Shown in pieces: positions 21,518 to 28,944 of a stretch of 28,944 nt of DNA. The number at the start of each line of letters is the position of its first letter. The stretch's first letter is position 1. A program made the translations under genes and the position numbers. Below the pieces are notes generated by a model. It was not told the origin of the DNA and ran no database searches. It saw nothing but the letters and a program-made list of their open reading frames with translations. Source of the stretch: Candidatus Odinarchaeia archaeon (GTDB lineage: Archaea > Asgardarchaeota > Odinarchaeia > Odinarchaeales > Odinarchaeaceae); NCBI GenBank assembly GCA_029856525.1, contig JAHQXC010000007.1, forward strand, positions 1-28,944, in the 5' to 3' direction.

Positions 21518-22648
21518 TTGAGAATTGGATTACTTTACGATAATATTGGTGTGGAAGAAGAGCTTTTCTTAAATTTTAATAAAGAAATTGAGAAAATTAA
21601 TTCAGATAGATTAATTTTAGATTTAAAAAAACGTCTTGAATACGATATTATAATTAACAGAATAGAGTCTAAGCATCGTAGAAGAAGACTTACAAAGGTT
21701 ATTGAATCTTATGGTTGCAAAGTTATTAACACCTTCAGTGTTGAAGAGGTTTGTAGCAGTAAATTTGAAACTAAAATAGCTTTAACCCTTAAAAACGTCC
21801 CAGCTAGTAGAGCTGTTTTTAAACCAGGTTTCCCGTTTAAAAGAAAGGGGGACAGGTATGTTAAACAGTTAACCGAATTAAATAGGTTGAAAGAGATTGT
21901 TAAAGAACTTAAACCGTGCATCATCAAACCTGACCTTGGAAGCAGGGGGAGATCGATAATTTTCATAAGAGATGAGAATGATCTTGAAAATAAAATTAAA
22001 GCATATGAAGAAACCCAGAATATACCTGATGCCTTCAAACCTACACTTATCTCACTTGACGGTATGCTAATAGAAAGCTACCAGCCGCATGCACTCGATC
22101 TAAGAGTTGTAGTATATAAATCTTTTAAAAACCCTGTGAAAGTTTTCGGCACTCTCATCAGAGCAGCGCCTAGTGAAGATATTATCGCTAAAAACACGTC
22201 GCTTGGTGGTTTCCCAATAGGTGTGGAGACACCGCAATCTGTAAGAGAAATTGTGGTTAAATGCGTGAACGCGCTTGAAGATTATATTAAAATGATGTAC
22301 GGTAAACCCCCAGACTATTATATTCTAGGAGTGGATGTTCTACCCTCCAACAGTAGTCCCGGAGAGAGAATTGAAGTATATAATAGTATTATTAAGCTTA
22401 AACCGTATTTTGAATCAGTTAATAAAGCTAAAAAAACAGGCGTAATAGTTGAAATCGATAAAGCCTTCAGCGAATATAAGAATAGCCCTGAATACGTAAA
22501 TGCGCAGGAGAAATGTCTTAAATATCTTGAAAACAGTGAACTTTTCATAACAGAGGTTAACACAACCCCTGACTTCGGAGTGAATACTAGAAATCTTGTA
22601 GGCGACTTAACGGTATGCTATAATGAGATAATAAAATCTCTTGTATAA
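21518..22648 (+). CDS. RimK/LysX-like ATP-grasp ligase with a large insertion
   Basis: KVINT...SSKFETK, IIKPDLGSRGRSI, LIESY...DLRVVV, AKNTSLGG, GVDVL...EVNTTPDF; TTG start with SD GGAGAGG. Confidence 0.85.
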   Translation: MRIGLLYDNIGVEEELFLNFNKEIEKINSDRLILDLKKRLEYDIIINRIESKHRRRRLTKVIESYGCKVINTFSVEEVCSSKFETKIALTLKNVPASRAVFKPGFPFKRKGDRYVKQLTELNRLKEIVKELKPCIIKPDLGSRGRSIIFIRDENDLENKIKAYEETQNIPDAFKPTLISLDGMLIESYQPHALDLRVVVYKSFKNPVKVFGTLIRAAPSEDIIAKNTSLGGFPIGVETPQSVREIVVKCVNALEDYIKMMYGKPPDYYILGVDVLPSNSSPGERIEVYNSIIKLKPYFESVNKAKKTGVIVEIDKAFSEYKNSPEYVNAQEKCLKYLENSELFITEVNTTPDFGVNTRNLVGDLTVCYNEIIKSLV

Positions 22649-22684
22649 GAAAAATTCTAATAATTTAATAAAAAATAGGAGGGT

Positions 22685-23986
22685 TTACTTTTTAGGAACA
22701 ACTTCTTCAACCATGCCAACGGCGACCGTTGTACCCATGTCTCTGACCGCAAACCGACCTAATTGAGGTATGTCTCTGAGGCGTTCGATAACGAACGGTC
22801 TGATTGGAACCATTCTAACTATGACACCCTCACCTTTCTTTACGAACTCAGGTTTCTCCTGTATGACCGCGCCTGTCTTAGGGTCGAATTTACTGATAAG
22901 CTCCTCAAACTTGCAGGCTACCTGCGCTGTATGAGCGTGTACTACAGGAGTGTAACCGGCTGCGATAGCTGTCGGATGGTTGAGGACGAGGACACGGGCT
23001 CTAAACTCTTGAACTACTGTAGGCGGATTATCTAGATGCCCGCAGACGTCTCCGCGTTTAACATCACCTTTACCGATACCTCTAACGTTGAAGCCGATGT
23101 TATCACCCGGTTCAGCTTTCTCTAAACGCTCATGATGCATTTCAATCGATTTAACTTCGCCTGTTTTACCGGCTGGCTGGAATATTACTTTATCACCGAC
23201 TTTTAAAACACCTGTTTCAACTCTACCGCACGGTACTGTCCCAACACCGGTTATTGTGAAAGCGGTCTCTATAGGTATTCTTAAAGGCAGGTTAATAGGC
23301 TTCTCTGGAAGCTTCAAAGTGTCGAAGGCTTCTATTAGTGTCGGTCCTTTATACCAAGGCATGTTCGGACTGGGCTTAATTAAGTTGTCACCGGTCCACG
23401 CGGAAACTGGCACGAATAAAATTTCTTTATCAGCATTCGGGTAAAGAGGTTTAAGTAAATCTATAACAGCTTGTTTAATCTGGTTGTAACGTTCTTGACT
23501 CCAGTTCACTGAAGGATCATCCATTTTATTTACAGCTACGATTAACTGGTTTACTCCGAGAGTCTTAGCTAAATATGCGTGCTCACGGGTTTGACCGCCT
23601 AAGCTTATCCCGGCTTCAAACTCACCTTTCCTAGATGATACGACGAGTAACGCCGCGTCGGCTTGGCTGGCTCCGGTAATCATATTCTTAACAAAGTCTC
23701 TGTGACCTGGGGCGTCGATTATAGTAAAATCATATTTCGGTGTTGTGAACTTCTGATAGAAGAGATCTATGGTAATTCCACGCTCACGCTCCTCCTTCAG
23801 TCTATCCATGATGAAAGCGTATTTGAAGCTGCCTTTCTCCATTTGTTCAGCTAACTGCTCTATTTTGCGCATTTCAGCCTCGCTTATAGAGCCGGTAGCG
23901 TATAATATATGACCCATTAGAGTACTTTTCCCCGCGTCTATATGGCCGATAACTACTAAGTTAAGATGGGGTTTCTTTTCAGGCAT
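22685..23986 (-). CDS. tuf: Elongation factor 1-alpha
   Basis: [73 protein letters not shown]. Confidence 0.97.
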   Translation of the reverse strand: MPEKKPHLNLVVIGHIDAGKSTLMGHILYATGSISEAEMRKIEQLAEQMEKGSFKYAFIMDRLKEERERGITIDLFYQKFTTPKYDFTIIDAPGHRDFVKNMITGASQADAALLVVSSRKGEFEAGISLGGQTREHAYLAKTLGVNQLIVAVNKMDDPSVNWSQERYNQIKQAVIDLLKPLYPNADKEILFVPVSAWTGDNLIKPSPNMPWYKGPTLIEAFDTLKLPEKPINLPLRIPIETAFTITGVGTVPCGRVETGVLKVGDKVIFQPAGKTGEVKSIEMHHERLEKAEPGDNIGFNVRGIGKGDVKRGDVCGHLDNPPTVVQEFRARVLVLNHPTAIAAGYTPVVHAHTAQVACKFEELISKFDPKTGAVIQEKPEFVKKGEGVIVRMVPIRPFVIERLRDIPQLGRFAVRDMGTTVAVGMVEEVVPKK

Positions 23987-24103
23987 CGAATAATTTCCCT
24001 CCAGCTTATTATCATATTTTAGATATTATCAACTCCACTCTTTCAAGGCAGATAACTGAATGGATATTATAACAGTTACATCCGCGTTTCACTATTAGAG
24101 TGG

Positions 24104-24165
24104 GCGGGTGCTTAAATTGATTCCATCACCCGCTTATAATGTTAGGATACAAGCAGATATATAAA
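24104..24165 (-). promoter_or_regulatory. tuf promoter (TATA) followed by a 5'-UTR hairpin
   Basis: Minus-strand TTTATATA at 24165..24158; 7-bp GC-rich stem GCGGGTG/CACCCGC (24104..24110/24127..24133) just downstream of the expected start site. Confidence 0.5.
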
Positions 24166-24409
24166 TTTATTCGATTCAAGTGCCTGAGAGTTTAAGTTTT
24201 TAGTTAGTCTATTCTAAAATTTCGTTAACAGCACAGTGAATTAAACCAGCTTATATTCGCTGCGACTTGAGAATATTTAACGGGTTTAAGAGTTGAACAT
24301 GGTGTCTGAGTGAAAACGGGAACCGGTTAATGATGGTTTTAAGTAAATTTATAATTTTTATATGCATATAAATTAAATATTTAACTGGTTCGTAAACTGT
24401 GGTGGAATT

Positions 24410-26233
24410 ATGTGCGGTATAGTCGGTGTTATCACAGCTGAAGGGGGGGTTGGGGATGTTCTCAGCAAAGCTCTTAAGAGATTAGAGTACAGGGGATATG
24501 ATTCGGTGGGTGTGGCTACAGTTAACGAGAATAAACTATATATTAAGAAGGATAAAGGGAAGATAGATGAAGTTAATGAGAGACTGAATTTAACTGATGT
24601 ACCAGGGCGGACCGGTATAGGTCATACTAGATGGGCCACTCACGGCGTCCCTTCTAAGAGAAACTCTCATCCTCACGGTGATTGTAAGAATAGACTAGCT
24701 GTGGTTCATAATGGGATAATAGAGAATTACAGTGAGTTAAAGGAGAGGTTAACACGTAACGGCCATATTTTCTTATCCGACACTGACACCGAGGTAATCC
24801 CCCATCTTATCGAGGAGAAGCTGAATTCAGGTTTAACCGGTTTCCACGCAGTTCTAGAGGCGGTTAAAGAGTTGAAAGGATCATACGCGATCGCCGTGTT
24901 AATAGCAGATCACCCTGATAAAATATACGTAGCCCGTAATGAGAGTCCGCTTGTGATAGGTGTGAAAAATAAAAATTACGTGTTCTGCGCCTCCGATATA
25001 CCGGCTTTTCTACCTATAACTAATCAGGTGATTTTTCTCTACGACGGGGAGGTTGCAGAGCTTTCCTTAGAAGGTGTTGTAATTAGAAATTTAAACGGTG
25101 AAGTCGTTGAACGCGAAGTTTTAGAAGTGGATTTAACACCGGAGATGGCTAAGAAAGGCGGTTTCCCGCATTTCATGCTTAAAGAAATATTTGAACAACC
25201 TAAAGCTTTAAAAAACACGCTCCGCATAGATGAGCGGAAGTTAATTGAAGTTTGTAAAATATTAAGTGAAAGTAACAGAATAGTATTCACATCAGCTGGA
25301 ACCTCATTTTATGCAGGTTTATGCGGTAAATATTTTTTAGCAAATATTTCTAGAACAGGGTCAGAAGCCGTCATATCCTCTGAATTCGATGAAATTATGA
25401 AAAATATTATCGATGAAAGAACAACCGTTGTTGCGATAAGCCAGTCAGGGGAAACCTCGGATACAATAAGCGCGGCTAAATATGCTAAACGATTCGGCGC
25501 TAAAATTATTTCGATAAGTAACACTGTAGGCAGCTCGCTTACTAGGCTAGCTGATGCTACAGTGTATACTCAAGCAGGCCCTGAGATAGGGGTGGCCGCT
25601 ACTAAAACTTTTCTAGTTCAACTGGGTGCTTTAAGCCTTATCAGCTCTAAACTAGCCGAGTTTAAGGGGGTTATAACCAGAGACGAGTATAAAACACTAT
25701 TAAATGATTTGAATACTATACCTGAAATAATCCAATTAATTCTTGATAAAACAGAAGGAGAGGTTAAAGCCTCTACAGAAGCCTATTATAATTCTACAAG
25801 CATCTTGTATTTGGGGAGAGGGATTAGCTCAGCTGTAGCTATGGAAGGCGCTCTTAAACTTAAAGAAATATCGTATATTCACGCTGAAGGATACGCTGCC
25901 GGTGAATCGAAGCACGGTCCAATCGCGCTTATAAGTACAGGTTTCCCCGTCGTGTTTGTAGCGCCTATGGATTCAACGCATAATAAGATAATAGGGAATA
26001 TTATGGAGATGAAGTCAAGGGGTGCTAGAATAATATCTGTGATAGAAGAGGGAGATGAAGAGATTAAGAGTATCTCAGATACGGTTTTCCGTGTACCTAA
26101 AACCTCCGATAATTTTTTTAAACAAATAGTATATATAGTGCCGCTGCAATTATTCGCATATTACATTGCAGTTAGAAAAGGCTTAGATCCTGATAAGCCT
26201 AGAAATCTAGCTAAAGCTGTTACAGTTGCTTAA
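24410..26233 (+). CDS. glmS: Glutamine--fructose-6-phosphate aminotransferase (isomerizing)
   Basis: MCGIVG, LEYRGYDS, GHTRWATHG, VHNGIIENY, SQSGETSDT, EGALKLKEISYIHAEGY, KHGPIAL, DKPRNLAKAVTV. Confidence 0.97.
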   Translation: MCGIVGVITAEGGVGDVLSKALKRLEYRGYDSVGVATVNENKLYIKKDKGKIDEVNERLNLTDVPGRTGIGHTRWATHGVPSKRNSHPHGDCKNRLAVVHNGIIENYSELKERLTRNGHIFLSDTDTEVIPHLIEEKLNSGLTGFHAVLEAVKELKGSYAIAVLIADHPDKIYVARNESPLVIGVKNKNYVFCASDIPAFLPITNQVIFLYDGEVAELSLEGVVIRNLNGEVVEREVLEVDLTPEMAKKGGFPHFMLKEIFEQPKALKNTLRIDERKLIEVCKILSESNRIVFTSAGTSFYAGLCGKYFLANISRTGSEAVISSEFDEIMKNIIDERTTVVAISQSGETSDTISAAKYAKRFGAKIISISNTVGSSLTRLADATVYTQAGPEIGVAATKTFLVQLGALSLISSKLAEFKGVITRDEYKTLLNDLNTIPEIIQLILDKTEGEVKASTEAYYNSTSILYLGRGISSAVAMEGALKLKEISYIHAEGYAAGESKHGPIALISTGFPVVFVAPMDSTHNKIIGNIMEMKSRGARIISVIEEGDEEIKSISDTVFRVPKTSDNFFKQIVYIVPLQLFAYYIAVRKGLDPDKPRNLAKAVTVA

Positions 26234-26243
26234 AGGTGAAATT

Positions 26244-26924
26244 ATGTTTTATACACCTATATCATCTAGGACAAGCCCGCCTTACGCTACACTAGGGATA
26301 ATCGCTATTAACGTAATTATATTTTTCATTCAAAGCTCTAGTCCAGTCTATTATAATTATTTCCTGTTAAATTTCGGATTGATACCTTATGAAATAGTTT
26401 CAGGAGTTAATCTTCAAACGCTAATAACATCTATGTTTCTGCATGGAAGCTTCATCCATATCTTCTTCAACATGTATATACTCTTAATATTCGGGCCTGC
26501 GGTGGAGAGAAAGTATGGGACAGCTCTTTTTATAATATTCTATATTTTCTGCGGTGTGGCGGCTGGATTAATACACTCCTATATTACATTTATATTTATG
26601 CCTGCTGAAGCGTACACGATCACAATAGGCGCGTCTGGGGCTATATTCGGGGTGATGGCGGCGTATGCCGTAAACTATCCGAACCAGTATCTGCTACTAT
26701 TCTTCTTCACACCTGTGAAAGCGTATATAGCTATTACATTATTCTTTGTTCTTGAAACAGTAATGGGTTTAGCTGGATTATTCGGAGCGGCTTCAAGTAT
26801 AGCTCATTTCGCTCATGTCGGAGGTTTTATCGCAGGGGTTTTATTCGCGCTTCTCTACCTCCGGTTCAAGGGACGGGGGCCTAAAATAAAAAAGGAGAGA
26901 GATATAGAGGTTATCTATCTTTAA
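26244..26924 (+). CDS. Rhomboid intramembrane serine protease
   Basis: FLHGSFIHIFFNM, catalytic GASGA, AHFAHVGG; ATG 26244 with SD GGTGA preferred over TTG 26226. Confidence 0.93.
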   Translation: MFYTPISSRTSPPYATLGIIAINVIIFFIQSSSPVYYNYFLLNFGLIPYEIVSGVNLQTLITSMFLHGSFIHIFFNMYILLIFGPAVERKYGTALFIIFYIFCGVAAGLIHSYITFIFMPAEAYTITIGASGAIFGVMAAYAVNYPNQYLLLFFFTPVKAYIAITLFFVLETVMGLAGLFGAASSIAHFAHVGGFIAGVLFALLYLRFKGRGPKIKKERDIEVIYL

Positions 26925-27453
26925 TAGTGTTCAACTGGCCGGTGACTTTTCTAGCGCCTATAGAGACAGGGATGGCAATAAGTCCGCCGACTGTGAATTG
27001 CACGACATTTAACGGGAGCTCGACTGCAGCTGCTGCTATACTAAATAGTAGGGATTCAACCATAAAGTAGCCTGTTATCATCCATGGCCCGGCGACGATG
27101 AAACACGCGATTAAATCTAGATAGGTAAACCGATCTCTTCTACTGATAAGACCTGCGAGAAAACCTTCAAGCCCCTTTATTATAAACGTCCAAGGGGAGT
27201 AGAAAGCATACCCTGAAATTATATCAGCTAAAGCTGATCCTAGACCGCCAGCCACTCCGCCTACTACTGGTCCGAATAATAGTCCTGAGAGCATAACAGC
27301 CGCATCTCCTATGTTAATGTAGCCGCTTGTAGCTGGTACTGGTATTTGAATGATAATGGTCAACGCTATTGTAAGAGCGGAAAACAAACCTGTCAACGCT
27401 GCTTGAACTGAAAGAGGGTAGGCCGGTGTTCTTGATTTAAAAAAGTTTTTCAT
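26911..27453 (-). CDS. ECF transporter S component, COG4720-like (PdxU/HmpT-type; substrate unproven)
   Basis: IPVPATSGYINIGDAAV...FGPVVGGVAGGLGSALADIISGY...PWTFIIKGLEG; ATG 27453 with SD GGTGG. Confidence 0.88.
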   Translation of the reverse strand: MKNFFKSRTPAYPLSVQAALTGLFSALTIALTIIIQIPVPATSGYINIGDAAVMLSGLLFGPVVGGVAGGLGSALADIISGYAFYSPWTFIIKGLEGFLAGLISRRDRFTYLDLIACFIVAGPWMITGYFMVESLLFSIAAAAVELPLNVVQFTVGGLIAIPVSIGARKVTGQLNTIKDR

Positions 27454-27464
27454 AAAACCACCAG

Positions 27465-27504
27465 TATTCAAGCAGATACTTGTATACAAGCTTTAACTTG
27501 AATA
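27465..27504. promoter_or_regulatory. Tandem palindromic operator, 2 x TWCAAG-N6-CTTGWA, over the S-component promoter
   Basis: TATTCAAG-cagata-CTTGTATACAAG-ctttaa-CTTGAATA has dyad symmetry over 40 bp. It abuts the minus-strand TATA TTTATATT (27508..27501), which has BRE-like GAAAAG upstream. Confidence 0.75.
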
Positions 27505-27513
27505 TAAACTTTT

Positions 27514-28929
27514 CTAAAGCAGAAAAGCCAGCTCCTCTAACGCGTTAAGAACTCTAATCCCTCTAGCAGTTATAGAATAATATTTGCGATTATCCCTCTC
27601 AGTGGAAGAGATTAAACCACGCTCCTCAAGCTCGTTAAGATGCTGATAAACAGCCTGCAAACTAACAGATTTAGACAGTGAATTCCAGAGAGAATATCCG
27701 TACGTTTCACCTAGAGAAATCAATCTTAATATTCTAAGCTTCAAACCGACTTTATCCATTACACTTATATTCTTCGAAAAACCGGATAAAGCCGCAAGTA
27801 AAAACTGGTCTTTCAACCCGCTTCCGGTAATAATACACGTAACATTATCATCTTTATTCAAAACCCCGCTTTCACCGAGTTTTTTAACAGCCGCTATAGT
27901 AGCACAGCTAGCCGTCTCCGCGTAAACACCCTCCTCTAAAGCTAAAACCCTCTGAGCTTCAGCGATATCCTTATCAGAAACCGATAAAGCCATACCGCCA
28001 GATTCTTTAATCGCTGATAAAGCAAGTTCACCGTTTAAAGGCTCTAAAACCAGTATCGCTAAAGCAATAGTCGAGCCGTTGCTAACCCGTTCTACCCTAG
28101 TCTTTTTTTCAAAAGCCTGGACGATAGGTGAACATGTTAATGATTGCACCCCGACTAGTTTAGGCAGCTGAAGAGATAAACCGAGATCGTAAAATTCTTT
28201 AAATCCCTTCCACAGAGAATATACGCTGCCTCCGTCTCCAACAGGCATTACAACGTAGTCGGGGACACCTATCTGCTCAATAATCTCATATGCGATTGTC
28301 TTCTGAGCCTCTATTATAAGCGGGTTGAGACCGGAAGTAGCAGGGTAAACGTTTTCACCTTTAAATCGCTCAATAACAAAGCGTATAGCTTCATCAACAG
28401 TCTCACCGTTATAGATAATATTAGCCCCGTACATCTTCATCTGAGCTAGTTTACCTATATCCACCCTTCTAGGAACAACTATCGTACTTTTAATATTCGC
28501 GCGCGCGCAATATGCGGCTACAGCTGCGCCTAGATTTCCATTAGATGCGCAAACCATCTCCTTAAAATTTAAGCTTAAAGCATGAGATATTAGCAGACTA
28601 GCAGCTCTATCTCTAAAAGAATTAGTGGGATTACGCGACTCATCTTTTAAAAACAAGTTATTTAAACCTAAAATCGCGCTCAGCCTGCTAGCCTTGAATA
28701 AAGGAGTCCTCCCCTCTCCTAAAGATACTCTAAACTCCGGGCTAATATAAGGTAGAAGCGAAGCATACCGCCAGAAAGAGTCTACATCTAAGAAAGAAAT
28801 ATTATCTTTGAGTTTAGAGCAATCACAGAAATAGATAAGCGGCGTGGAGCATACCTCGCAAAGTGAAATAACCCTCTCTGTAATATAGACTCTACCACAC
28901 TTAGGACATTTAAACTCCATAGAACCCAT
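27514..28929 (-). CDS. Threonine-synthase-like fold-type II domain lacking the catalytic Lys, fused to a C-terminal PadR wHTH; predicted transcription regulator
   Basis: Zn ribbon CPKC...CEVC, SLGEGRTPL, KDESRNPTNSF(R)DR, ASNGN, EAQKTIAYEI, PVGDGG, TGSGLKD; then LKLRILRLISLGETYGYSL...AVYQHLNELEERGLI...RKYYSITARG. Confidence 0.85.
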   Translation of the reverse strand: MGSMEFKCPKCGRVYITERVISLCEVCSTPLIYFCDCSKLKDNISFLDVDSFWRYASLLPYISPEFRVSLGEGRTPLFKASRLSAILGLNNLFLKDESRNPTNSFRDRAASLLISHALSLNFKEMVCASNGNLGAAVAAYCARANIKSTIVVPRRVDIGKLAQMKMYGANIIYNGETVDEAIRFVIERFKGENVYPATSGLNPLIIEAQKTIAYEIIEQIGVPDYVVMPVGDGGSVYSLWKGFKEFYDLGLSLQLPKLVGVQSLTCSPIVQAFEKKTRVERVSNGSTIALAILVLEPLNGELALSAIKESGGMALSVSDKDIAEAQRVLALEEGVYAETASCATIAAVKKLGESGVLNKDDNVTCIITGSGLKDQFLLAALSGFSKNISVMDKVGLKLRILRLISLGETYGYSLWNSLSKSVSLQAVYQHLNELEERGLISSTERDNRKYYSITARGIRVLNALEELAFLL

Positions 28930-28944
28930 AAATAAATTTATTGG

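Noticed and set aside
22685-23986. HBS1/eRF3 or selenocysteine factor instead of EF-1alpha
   Set aside because: No N- or C-terminal extensions, and all other motifs are typical of aEF-1alpha.
24100-24409. TPP riboswitch (GUGC-CUGAGA) or glmS ribozyme upstream of glmS
   Set aside because: Only isolated words match; the remaining conserved cores are absent.
27514-28929. Calling this gene thrC
   Set aside because: The catalytic lysine is absent and a PadR domain is fused.

Overview
AT-rich archaeal chromosomal window. The presence of eS30, uS10, aEF-1alpha, Elp3, a SAMP and Cdc48 points to TACK/Asgard; a thermophilic Asgard (Odinarchaeia-like) origin is my inference, not verified. It is mostly housekeeping and metabolic: cdc48 (5'-truncated) plus an ArsR regulator, Lhr helicase, radical SAM, MFS and ABC-2 exporters, 2-oxoacid:ferredoxin oxidoreductase, a corrinoid protein/Zn-finger/CinA/prenyl synthase/RACo/SAMP operon, elp3, rps30e, rpsJ, an ATP-grasp ligase, tuf, glmS, rhomboid, an ECF S-component and a threonine-synthase-like gene. 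No transposase, CRISPR array, rRNA or tRNA was found. The best candidate for an undescribed system is at the right end. A threonine-synthase-fold protein has lost its PLP Schiff-base lysine (SFKDR to SFRDR) and is fused to a PadR winged-helix domain. It lies directly upstream of an orphan COG4720-like (PdxU/HmpT-type) ECF S-component whose promoter is covered by two tandem TWCAAG-N6-CTTGWA palindromes, suggesting a pseudoenzyme-based, possibly vitamin-B6-sensing, repressor/operator/transporter module. Other notable points: two genes apparently starting at ATT, two real small genes missing from the ORF track, a ~190-nt structured RNA candidate between rps30e and rpsJ, a 46-bp identical repeat between the Cdc48 D1 and D2 Walker A regions, and a RimK-like ligase with a large insertion sitting between tuf and rpsJ.
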